From an uncultured Acidimicrobiia bacterium (lineage in GTDB: Bacteria > Actinomycetota > Acidimicrobiia > Acidimicrobiales > JACDCH01), in NCBI GenBank assembly GCA_963721305.1, contig CAVRIR010000006.1:119224-183223 (forward strand): 64,000 bases of DNA. Direction: 5' to 3'. Numbering within the stretch: position 1 is the stretch's first letter; the number at the start of each line of letters is the position of its first letter. The position numbers and the translations under genes were made by a program. Below the pieces are notes generated by a model, which was given only the letters and a program-made list of their open reading frames with translations, was not told the DNA's origin and made no database searches. Positions 18,557 through 26,929 of the stretch are shown here, piece by piece.

Positions 18557-19731
18557 TTGGTGGCGGCGGCTGACTCGTCGGCGGCGCGTGCCGGAGTTGG
18601 GCTGCGTGAAGTGCTGGTGCAGTGGGGTCGTATCGGCTGCCTTGGATTCGGCGGGCCGCCGACACACATCGCTTTGCTACGCGATCTGTGTGTTGAGCGA
18701 AAACGATGGGTTGACTCGTCCGAGTTCGAGGACGCGATCGCGGCGTGCAATCTCTTGCCGGGCCCGGCATCGACCCAGCTCGCGATCTTGTGCGCCTGGA
18801 TTGTCGCGGGGCCGATCGGGGCAGTCGTCGGTGGAATGGCGTTCATCGTCCCCGGCCTGGTTGTCATCCTGGGCCTCGCGGCGGTGTTCCTGGCCGCGTC
18901 ACCGGGTTCGCTGATACTTGGTGCGGGCGCGGGTGCGGGTGCCGCCGTCGCGGTGGTTGCTGTGCACGCGGGGGTCGGCCTGATCCCTGCAAGCTGGAGG
19001 CGGGCTCGGGTTCACGGCCGATGGATGGTCTACGCGCTCGCAGGCGGTGTCGCGGCGGCGACAGTTGGCGCGTGGCTGGTGGTCGCGTTGTTGGGCTGCG
19101 GAGCAATCGAACTCGGGATACGCCGTTTCGGGAACGCCGACCGTCTGGGATTTCATGCGACCCCGCTCGTGCTGCTGGCAGCCGCGACCGCGAGCACTGG
19201 GGTTTTCTCTCGCTCGCATGGGTCGCGTTCAAAGTCGGGGCGCTGTCGTACGGGGGCGGCTTCGTCATCATTCCGCTCATGCAACACGACGCTGTCCAGC
19301 ACTATCACTGGATGACCGATAGCCAGTTCCTGTACGCGGTCGCGCTGGGCCAGATCACACCCGGTCCCGTCGTGCAGACAGTCGCCGTCGTCGGCTACGC
19401 GGCCGCAGGCATCGCAGGCGGTCTCCTGGCCGCGGTCGTCGCGTTCTCGCCTTCGTTCGTGTTCGTGCTCGGCGGTGCTCGACACTTCCAGGCGCTACGG
19501 AGGAACCTCGCGGCCCGCGGATTCCTCGACGGTGCCGGACCCGCCGCGATCGGCGCAATCATCGGCGTCTCGGTCCCACTTGCTCTCGCTCTTGGTCAGG
19601 TGTGGCAACTCGCGGTTCTCGGCGCTGCCGCGATTTCGCTGCTCGTTCTCCGCCGCAGCGTCGTCCTCACATTGCTCGGTGCCGCCGCGGTCGGCATCGT
19701 CGTCGTCCAGCTTGGCGCGCCCCTACCCTGA
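18557..19731 (+). pseudogene. chrA: Chromate transporter ChrA (two CHR domains), one frameshift in a G-run
   Basis: The first half is in frame 18557 ('GCLGFGGPPTHIALLRD...AIAACNLLPGPASTQLA'). The second half is in frame 18745 ('SLAWVAFKVGALSYGGGFVIIPLMQ...LGQITPGPVVQTV'). The frames join at the run ctGGGGTTTTctc (19199-19206); one extra G restores '...ASTGGFLSLAWVAF...'. The start codon (TTG 18557 / GTG 18560) is uncertain. Confidence 0.75.
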
Positions 19732-19787
19732 ACCAACGCGCGGCGAATCGCCGAACCTGCCGTCCCGTCGAGCGTCAAGGAGTCCCC

Positions 19788-20148
19788 ATGGCCGACATGC
19801 CGTTGTTCGATCACATCGCGCTCGACGGTGCCGAATCTCAACGAGCAGGTCGAACGGCTGACCACCGCCTTCGGCATGGAGGTGCAGACCCAGTTCGATG
19901 GGTTCGCCGTCCTCGTTGATCCGGGGACGGGCGTCAGGTTCGAGCTGGGCGCCTCACCGGACGAGGAGGTCCATGTCCGTCATCTCGGCTTTCGGGCGAA
20001 CGACGTCGATGCTGCGCACGAACGCCTCGTCGATGCAGGGATGGAGACGACTCGGGCGCCGCAACGCCAGGACTTCGCCGCGATGTACACGTCGTATCTC
20101 AGCCAGCCGGGCGGCGTCGAGGTCCAACTGGTCAAGTACGACGACTGA
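19788..20148 (+). pseudogene. VOC/glyoxalase-family protein with a 1-nt frameshift after codon 13
   Basis: ATG 19788 (AAGGAG upstream) gives 'MADMPLFDHIALD'. The rest ('VPNLNEQVERLTTAFGMEV...VRHLGFRANDVDAAHERLVDAGME') is in the frame of ORF 19828..20148. Deleting one G of ctcgacGGtgcc (19827-19828) restores 'FDHIALDVPNLNEQ'. Confidence 0.65.
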
Positions 20149-20280
20149 CCGCTGAACTGAGAGAAGACGCCGACACCAATCGTCCATGCGCCCATGGTCG
20201 TACGACAGGCGTCGTCACTCCGGCTCGCTCACGAGCCGACGTCGGGGCGTCGGTACCGTTTGGCACCGAGGAGGAATCGC

Positions 20281-20883
20281 ATGGCCGACCCTGATCGCCG
20301 CCGGACGTTGTTGTGTTCCTACGAGAACGCCGCGGTGGTCGTGTCGGGAATCGACGCCGAGCAGCTCGGCCACCCGACACCGTGCCCCAAGTACAACGTG
20401 GCCGGACTGATCGACCACCTCGTCGAAGCGGGACAGCGAGCGGCCGCGCTTGGACGGGGGCAGACACCCCCGCCCGGAGACGAGTTCCCTCATGTCGAGC
20501 TGTCCGGCGCCCCCGGTCAGCTACGTCGCGCCGCCGAGGAGGCGGCAGAGGCATGGGGCGACGATTCCGCGCTGTCCTCGAGGTTCACCATGCCGTGGGG
20601 AGAGGAGTACACCGGGGCGACCCTGGTCGACATGTACCTGACCGAGTTGGCCGCACACGCATGGGACCTGGCCCGGGCCACCGGGCAACTCGACAGGTTG
20701 GACCCCTCCCTCGCACTGCCGGCGCTCGACGGTGCGCGGGCCATGATCAAACCCCAGTACCGCGACATGGTCGAGCCGGGCGCCCCATTCGGGGCCGAGG
20801 TGCCCCCACCACCCGGCGCCGACGACTGGGATCGCCTCGCCGCCTTCATGGGACGCGACCCCCGCGCATCGCTCGGCCGGTAA
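20281..20883 (+). CDS. DinB/mycothiol-maleylpyruvate-isomerase N-terminal-like (TIGR03086-type) protein
   Basis: ATG 20281 is preceded by GGAGGA. Motifs include 'QLGHPTPCPKYNVAGLIDHLV', 'TMPWGEEYTGATLVDMYLTELAAHAWDLARATGQ' and a C-terminal 'DWDRLAAFMGRDP'. Confidence 0.7.
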   Translation: MADPDRRRTLLCSYENAAVVVSGIDAEQLGHPTPCPKYNVAGLIDHLVEAGQRAAALGRGQTPPPGDEFPHVELSGAPGQLRRAAEEAAEAWGDDSALSSRFTMPWGEEYTGATLVDMYLTELAAHAWDLARATGQLDRLDPSLALPALDGARAMIKPQYRDMVEPGAPFGAEVPPPPGADDWDRLAAFMGRDPRASLGR

Positions 20884-20987
20884 CGGCCGAGGAGGGGACG
20901 GCCGCCTCGCAGCCCCGGACGTTCGTTCGGTCCGAAGGCGCGCGAGAACACTGCCCGGCAACGCGTCCTCGGCGGACCCGGCAGCGA

Positions 20988-21872
20988 TCAGAGCGGCTTT
21001 GGCTCGATCTCGCGGAGTCGATCCGCGACCGGTCCGAACATCGTTTCGAGGACATCAGCGGGATCGTCGCCGAGCGCACCGACGACGAGTGTCGACACCC
21101 CGATGGCTGCCCACGCCTCGGCGGCGCGCACGATGTCGTCGGGTGAGGGTTCGGGCGGCAGGTTCTGGAACATGGTCGTGATTTCGATCTCGTTCGGGTC
21201 GCGGCCGAGGTCGTCGCAGTGCCGGCGCAGGACGTCGATCTTGTGGGCGACGTCTTCGGGCGAGCCCATGGGGTTGCACGCGTCGGCGTACTTGGCCACC
21301 AATCGCAACGTCTTCTTCTCACCGCTGCCGCCGATCATGATGCGGGGTCGTGGCGCGCTGACCGGTTGCGGCCGACACAAGGTGGCGTCGAGGTGGTAGT
21401 GCTTCCCGTCGTAGGCCCCGTCGTCGTCGCTCCACATCTGCAAGCAGATCTGAAGCGTCTCTTCCAACCGCTCGAAGCGCTCGGCGGTCGGGGGGAAAGG
21501 CACGCCGAGGCCGTTGTGCTCGCGCTCGTACCACGCCGCGCCGATGCCGAGTTCGGCCCGACCGCCGGAGAGGACGTCGAGCGTGGTGACCGTCTTCGCG
21601 AGGATCCCGGGGTGGCGGTACGTCACGCCCGTCACGAGCAGGCGGAGCCGCAGCGCGGTAGTGCACCCGGCGACGAAGCCGAGCGCGGTGTAGCCCTCGA
21701 GCATCGGGTCCTCGGCCGGCGCCTTCCAGTCCATCTGGAAGAAGTGATCCATGAACGAGAGTGTCTTGATGCCGATGGCCTCCGCCCGCCGTGCGAGGTC
21801 GGCGACACCGGAGCCGATTCCGGGCGGGCCACCGGCCCAGTCGAACCGACTGACATGAAGATCGAGATCCAT
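20988..21872 (-). CDS. LLM-class (luciferase-like) F420-dependent oxidoreductase
   Basis: ATG 21872. Motifs include 'SFMDHFFQMD', 'LEGYTALGFVAGCTTALRLRLLVTGVTYRHPGILAKTVTTLDVLSGGRAELGIGAAW' and 'IMIGGSGEKKTLRLVAKYADACN'. Confidence 0.85.
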   Translation of the reverse strand: MDLDLHVSRFDWAGGPPGIGSGVADLARRAEAIGIKTLSFMDHFFQMDWKAPAEDPMLEGYTALGFVAGCTTALRLRLLVTGVTYRHPGILAKTVTTLDVLSGGRAELGIGAAWYEREHNGLGVPFPPTAERFERLEETLQICLQMWSDDDGAYDGKHYHLDATLCRPQPVSAPRPRIMIGGSGEKKTLRLVAKYADACNPMGSPEDVAHKIDVLRRHCDDLGRDPNEIEITTMFQNLPPEPSPDDIVRAAEAWAAIGVSTLVVGALGDDPADVLETMFGPVADRLREIEPKPL

Positions 21873-22010
21873 GTCGCCGTTTCTAGTTCCCAGCGATGAC
21901 CGGTTCCCGTCGATCCGGTTCATTCATACTGCCGACCTTCTGCCTCGCTCGAGCCATCGAATCGCAGGCGAGAAGCGCACGACTGAGGACGCCGCATAAC
22001 GTCGTCACCC

Positions 22011-22433
22011 GTGAGCGAGAACAAGCCGGTCTTGGTCGCCTCGCAGCGCGCTTCGCTGTTGTTGCTTGGTGGTGCCGGGGCGATCATCCTGGGCGCGTTC
22101 CTGGCCTGGGCGACGGTCGGCCCGTTCTCGGTGGCGGGTACGAGCGGCGACGGGAAGCTGACCGTGGTCGGAGGCGGCTTCGTGGCCTGGATCGGATGGC
22201 GAGCGCGAGCGGGCACGGCGCGCCGTGGCCATGCGATCGCTGCGCTGATCTTGTCGCTGCTGGTGTTGGCGGTCGGCGCATCCGACACGGCCGACATCAG
22301 TTCGAAGTCGCGAGGGGTGTTCCATGCGGAGGTTGGAATCGGTTTATGGCTCACTGACATCGGCGCTGTGGTCGCCGTCGTCGGTGCGGGGATGTGGTTG
22401 TTCCGTCGCGCTCGACCTCCTACGTCATTCTGA
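22011..22433 (+). CDS. Hypothetical membrane protein (4 predicted TM helices)
   Basis: 140-aa ORF with a GTG start. Hydrophobic segments are 'LLLLGGAGAIILGAFLAWATV', 'LTVVGGGFVAWIGW', 'AIAALILSLLVLAVGA' and 'IGLWLTDIGAVVAVVGAGMWLF'. I recognise no family. Confidence 0.45.
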   Translation: MSENKPVLVASQRASLLLLGGAGAIILGAFLAWATVGPFSVAGTSGDGKLTVVGGGFVAWIGWRARAGTARRGHAIAALILSLLVLAVGASDTADISSKSRGVFHAEVGIGLWLTDIGAVVAVVGAGMWLFRRARPPTSF

Positions 22434-22511
22434 GGCGAAGGACATCCACTTCGCGCGTTCCTTCAGCATGGGCCGATGGGACTGAACTCGCCGACGAGCA
22501 GGGGGAGCAGG

Positions 22512-22934
22512 ATGAGCGCCATGGACGACATCGAGGCCATCCGACGTCTGAAAGCGCGGTACTTCCGGACCATGGACACAAAGGACTGGGCTGCGATGCG
22601 GCACGTCTTCACCGACGACGTCGTGATCGACACCAGCGAAGCGGGCGGGAACATCGTTGCGGGCGCCGACGAGTTCCTCGTGTTCCTGCAAGAGGCCCTG
22701 GGTGGCGCGACCACGGTGCACCAAGGTCACATGCCGGAGATCGAGCTCACCTCCGACAGCACGGCGACTGGCGTCTGGGCGCTCAACGACGTCGTGATCT
22801 GGCCGAACGGGCTTCGCCTCGACGGCTACGGCCACTACCACGAGACCTATGAGAAGGCGCAGGGCGAGTGGCGGATCAAGTCATCGAAGCTCACCCGCTT
22901 GCACACCGACTTCGTCGTCCCGGAGGAGGCGTGA
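22512..22934 (+). CDS. NTF2-like (SnoaL-4/DUF4440-type) protein
   Basis: ATG 22512. 'DDIEAIRRLKARYFRTMDTKDWAAMRHVFTDDVV' and 'YHETYEKAQGEWRIKSSKLTR' are typical of this family. Confidence 0.75.
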   Translation: MSAMDDIEAIRRLKARYFRTMDTKDWAAMRHVFTDDVVIDTSEAGGNIVAGADEFLVFLQEALGGATTVHQGHMPEIELTSDSTATGVWALNDVVIWPNGLRLDGYGHYHETYEKAQGEWRIKSSKLTRLHTDFVVPEEA

Positions 22935-23100
22935 TGCCGGTCGCCGTGATCACTGGCAGCGCGTCGGGCCTCGGACTGGCGCTGTCGGAGCGCTGCGCTG
23001 CCCTCGGGTTCGACCTTTGCCTCCTCGACCTCGACGGAGAGCGGGCGTCGATCGAAGCCGCGAGGATCGGCAGGCTGCACCGAGACGCGGCAATGGCAGT
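22934..23100 (+). pseudogene. 5' fragment (~55 codons) of an SDR oxidoreductase gene
   Basis: The ATG overlaps the upstream stop (TGATG). 'MPVAVITGSASGLGLALSERCAALGFDLCLLDLDGERASIEAARI' is a complete SDR Rossmann N-terminus. The frame then runs antisense into the 3' end of the convergent ABC-2 permease gene (stop 23114), and no catalytic part exists. Confidence 0.5.
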
Positions 23101-23113
23101 CTGGGAAAGTCGT

Positions 23114-24316
23114 TCAGGCGTCTCGCGTCATCATCCGCCATGCGCCGACGATCGACCAGCCGATGAGCCAGGCGAGGATGACGCAGACTGCGACGGTGGT
23201 GGTTTCGGGCAGGAGCTCGGGGTTGCCTCCGGTGCTTCCGGGGCCGCCCCCACCGCCGCCGAGCACGGGGAGCCCGCCGGGCGCGAGGTGCGCCGTGGCA
23301 AGACCGACAACGGCTCGCTGAAGGTTGATGAAATGTGGGATGTTGGCCCTTGAGAAGATCGGTGTGAGGACAACTTCGAGGACGATCATGGCGATCACCG
23401 CCGGGGTGCGTTGTCCGATCAAGGACCCAAGTCCGAGGCCGACGACAAACCCGATGATGGCCTCGAGTTCGAGCCACAGGCCGCTCTTGATCATCAGCGA
23501 AACGGGCGGGGACAGGAACTGCCGGGAGTAATCGGAATAGTTCAGATCGGCGATCTGGGCAGCTGCTTGTCGGATCTCGGCGGGGGTGGCCTGCGGCTGG
23601 GCTGGTTGATTCGGGACTGGTTTGGCGTTCGGCGGCACGTCGGACGGGTGGACGCAGGGAAAGGTGCTGATGACGTGGTCGATCGACGACCCGGGAGTGA
23701 TTCTGAGATCGAAGTTGCAGATGACTTCGTTGGCATTGTCCCCCGCCCAGCGCTCGAGCCCCGCTCTTGACAGGTTGCCCGGCACGCTCACGCCGTTGAA
23801 CGACAATTGTGTCGGAGCCGCGAACACGCAAACGACGCACACGATCGCGAAGCCGAGCGCGACGAGCGGCACGATGATTCCGAGACCGGCTGGGATCCGA
23901 GCGAGGTAGATCGCCAGCCTCGAGCGCCCGGTGACCACGAGGTGCCGAAACATCCCTTCGGTCAGGTCCGCCGAGCCGGCGGTGACGCCGAGGGCAGCAG
24001 CGACGATGAACCCGAAGATGTACAGCACGCCGGCGACGAGCGCGGTGTACACCGAGTATCCGCCGGCGGGACCATACGTGTGGGGTGCCACGGCGTGGAG
24101 CAACAGTCGAATGGCCAAGAAGATCGTCGGGATGCCAACGATCACCAGGATGAGGGTGGCCATGAGGCCGCGCCGCTTTCGCAGTTCCATGAATCTTGTG
24201 CTGACCATCGCGCCGGGCGGCATCCAGGACCCGCGATGGTCCGGTGCGAGTGCAACCGGCTCATCGAGCATGGTTGCCGCAGCAGTGGAGGTTGACGGGT
24301 CGGGCGATGTCGTCAT
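23114..24316 (-). CDS. ABC-2-type exporter permease
   Basis: ATG 24316 overlaps the ATPase stop (ATGA). It has 6 hydrophobic helices with a large loop after TM1-TM4 ('LILVIVGIPTIFLAIRLL', 'VLYIFGFIVAAALGV', 'IIVPLVALGFAIVCVVCVF', 'LELEAIIGFVVGLGLGSLI', 'IAMIVLEVVLTPIF', 'AVCVILAWLIGWSIVGAW'). Confidence 0.7.
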   Translation of the reverse strand: MTTSPDPSTSTAAATMLDEPVALAPDHRGSWMPPGAMVSTRFMELRKRRGLMATLILVIVGIPTIFLAIRLLLHAVAPHTYGPAGGYSVYTALVAGVLYIFGFIVAAALGVTAGSADLTEGMFRHLVVTGRSRLAIYLARIPAGLGIIVPLVALGFAIVCVVCVFAAPTQLSFNGVSVPGNLSRAGLERWAGDNANEVICNFDLRITPGSSIDHVISTFPCVHPSDVPPNAKPVPNQPAQPQATPAEIRQAAAQIADLNYSDYSRQFLSPPVSLMIKSGLWLELEAIIGFVVGLGLGSLIGQRTPAVIAMIVLEVVLTPIFSRANIPHFINLQRAVVGLATAHLAPGGLPVLGGGGGGPGSTGGNPELLPETTTVAVCVILAWLIGWSIVGAWRMMTRDA

Positions 24317-25302
24317 TGCGCTTCCCCGAGCCGGCTTGTGACCTGGAGGAACCACGATTCGAGCGATGCTTGCTGTGGGTCGAGTCGGTGGACCGCTATG
24401 TGGTTCTGTACGAGCATCTCGTTGACTGCGGCAATCACGTCGTTCCCGGTCCCTGCAGGCATCGTGACGCGCAGTCCGCCCGCGACGACCGCGACATCCC
24501 AACGCCTGTCGACACCAACGGCGTTCGACGCAACCACGGTGCGAGCTCGATCAGGATCCGAGCATCCGATCTCGAGCACGAAAGAGGAACTGGCCAGCAA
24601 TTCGGCGATCGGCCCGTGACGAACCACACGACCGCGATCGACAATCGCCACCGTGTCGCACGTCCGCTGCACCTCGTCGAGGAGGTGTGACGACAACACG
24701 ACTGTGCGGCCTTCGGCGACGAGCGAGCCGATCATCTCTCGCATGTCCTGCATGCCGGCAGGATCGAGGCCGTTCATCGGTTCGTCCAGGATGAGCAGCT
24801 CCGGATCTCCGAGCAAGCATGCGGCAACACCGAGCCGCTGGCGCATCCCCATCGAGTAGGTCGACACCCTGTCGTTGGCTCGATGCAGAATGCCCACGCG
24901 CTCGAGCGACGCCGCGATGCGCTGTCGCGCTTCGGGCTCGCGAGCTGCCGCAAGGATCTGCAGGTTCTGTCGACCGGTCAAGTGTCCATGGAACCGAGGC
25001 TCGTCGACGATCGCACCCACGCGGGCCAATGCCTTGTCACGATCACGGGGCACTGGATGTCCGAGCACGAACATGGTTCCCGCGTCCGCGTGCGTCAGCC
25101 CGAGCAGCACGCGCATGAGCGTCGTCTTCCCTGCTCCATTCGGGCCCAGATAACCGAATGCGCAGCCTCGAGGCACAAGCAACTCCACAGCGTCGACCGC
25201 GACGTTGTCTCCAAACCGCTTCGTCAGTCCGTGGGTCTCCAGGGCCCACTCGCGTGCTCCGCCGCCCGTTGCAGAACCCTCACGAAGCATCGTCGTCGAC
25301 AT
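24313..25302 (-). CDS. ABC transporter ATP-binding protein (ABC-2/DrrA-like)
   Basis: Walker A 'GPNGAGKTT', signature 'YSMGMRQRLG', Walker B 'LLILDEPMNGLD' and H-loop 'VVLSSHLL', plus a C-terminal accessory domain. Confidence 0.9.
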   Translation of the reverse strand: MSTTMLREGSATGGGAREWALETHGLTKRFGDNVAVDAVELLVPRGCAFGYLGPNGAGKTTLMRVLLGLTHADAGTMFVLGHPVPRDRDKALARVGAIVDEPRFHGHLTGRQNLQILAAAREPEARQRIAASLERVGILHRANDRVSTYSMGMRQRLGVAACLLGDPELLILDEPMNGLDPAGMQDMREMIGSLVAEGRTVVLSSHLLDEVQRTCDTVAIVDRGRVVRHGPIAELLASSSFVLEIGCSDPDRARTVVASNAVGVDRRWDVAVVAGGLRVTMPAGTGNDVIAAVNEMLVQNHIAVHRLDPQQASLESWFLQVTSRLGEAQ

Positions 25303-25508
25303 GCAGCGTCCTCGCTTGCTCGGTGGCCGCCTCCTCTTAGCAGACCAGGTCCCGTCACAAACATCGCCTCAACACCGCGGCCTTCGAACAGCGTGAGTTC
25401 GTGCCGCGTCGAGTACGCGCTCCTCGCAGCCCGAAAGGGGAGCCGGACGGGTGCGTCACGTGAGGTAGTAGCCGGAGGCGAACAGGGCGGTACCGGCGAA
25501 CACGCCGG

Positions 25509-26111
25509 TCACGATGAGCGCACTACTGGCGTAGCCGACACTGCGACGGGCACGACCAGCCGGAAACGCGGACCCGGTCCCGGCGTGGCCAGCGTGAGCT
25601 TCGCTCCTTCGGCGTCGGCGAGACTGCGAGCGAGCGCCAGTCCGATCCCGTGGCCGGAGCCCGCTCCCCTGTCGAACACCCGGCTCGGGTCGCCAGTCAC
25701 GCCGGGACCTTCATCGGCGACCTCGACAACCGCGCCACCCGGTGTTCGCGACGCTCGAATGGTGACCGTGCCGCGTCCGTGGTCGCGAGCGTTCGCCAGC
25801 AACACGTCGAGGATGTGGCGCACCGCGGTCGTCGCGATCAGAGCGCGTGGCAGACCAGGTTCGACGTCCACCCGCAACGGGCGGCCACGTTCGGCCAGCT
25901 GACCATTCCAAGAACGAGCCGCCTCTTCGATGATCGGCGACAGATCAATCGGCTCGATCACCGGCCGATCCGCTCGTGCCAACTTCAGCAGTTCGCTGAC
26001 TGTCGCTTCGAGCCGGTCCACCGACTCGAGCGCTTCACCGACCGTGACAGCCGGATCAGTCGCGCCGGTCGCGGCGTTCTCCAAGGTGAGCCGAAGGCCC
26101 GTGAGCGGCGT
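25509..26111 (-). pseudogene. 5'-truncated sensor histidine kinase (HATPase_c and most of the DHp domain only)
   Basis: Recognisable sequence starts at '...TPLTGLRLTLENA', just after where the H-box His should be. It continues through 'LLANARDHG', 'VADEGPGV' and 'GSGHGIGLALARSLA'. There is no phospho-acceptor His, HAMP, TM or sensor region, and no partner response regulator is nearby. Confidence 0.65.
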
Positions 26112-26127
26112 CGACCCTGCTGGCTCC

Positions 26128-26835
26128 TGGCCATTGATCGCACACGCGGCAGAAGCCGCGACCATCACGTTCGCTCTCGGCGCCGCCGTACCGCTGATCG
26201 CGATCGCCACGGGCGACGTTGATCGCGACGACGCCGACCTCGTTGTGTGGGCGATCGGCGCACTGGCCGGCGCGGTAGCGAGCCTGCACTTCTTCGGCCA
26301 CTACTTCTTGATGGTGGACGCGCCGATCGCGCTGCTCGCCGGCGCCGTGCTCGCCACTCGGTCGACCTCGGTGCGTGCGCTCGCAATGTCCGCGGCTGTC
26401 GCCGTGTCCGCCGCCTTCGTCATGGCCGCTGCGATCAGCAACCCCGTTCTGCTCAATCGCGACGGCGGCCTCGCCGCCGTGATCGACTCCCACAGCGCGC
26501 CCGGCGACACCATGCTGGTGTGGGGCCAAATGCCCGAGCTGTACGAAGCGGCACACCGAGCGCCCGCGACACGGTTCCTGGCGGCGGGCTTCCTGACGGG
26601 TTACAGCGCCAACCGCGTGATCGGGACGACCGGCTCTGTGGTCTCCGGCGCCTGGTCAGAGCTCGAGACCGACTTGACGGCGCATGCGCCGGACCTCGTC
26701 GTGGATGTCACCCCCGCGGGTGCGCTCGGAGCTGACCGCTACGCACCCCTTCGCCAGCTGCTGGCGCAGTCGTACCGCCGGATTGCGCGGGTGACCGGCG
26801 CGGACATCTACCTTCGACGAGCACCCACGGGTTGA
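26128..26835 (+). pseudogene. 3' fragment of a polytopic GT-C-type (ArnT/PMT-like) glycosyltransferase gene
   Basis: A few TM helices ('VVWAIGALAGAVASLHFFGHYFLMVDAPIALLAGAVL', 'ALAMSAAVAVSAAFVMAAAI') are followed by a soluble tail 'DTMLVWGQMPELYEAAHRAPATRFLAAGFLTGY'. This resembles C-termini of GT39/GT83-like enzymes. The N-terminal core is absent. The family call is tentative. Confidence 0.4.
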
Positions 26836-26929
26836 CGCCGACGCCGTCGACTCTGCTCGCTCGTACAGACAGGATCCGATCACGAACACCAACGTCCGTA
26901 CAGACGTCAAGGTTCTCGTTCCCGCGGGC

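Noticed and set aside
18440-18560. Minus-strand peptide 'IQGALGYEQPNQLIDYL' reminiscent of the C-terminal 'HSALGY..P..F' tail of DDE (IS3/IS481-type) transposases
   Set aside because: Only ~17 residues match, with no upstream catalytic core and no inverted repeats. It also overlaps the probable chrA start. The evidence is too thin to call a mobile-element remnant, though a tblastn check would be cheap.
25440-25510. Alternative-frame hydrophobic peptide ('VGYASSALIVTGVFAGTALFASGYYLT*') just past the kinase stop, suggesting another frameshift
   Set aside because: The histidine-kinase fragment already ends at a typical position after the G2 box. A single short hydrophobic stretch in GC-rich DNA is not evidence for an extension.
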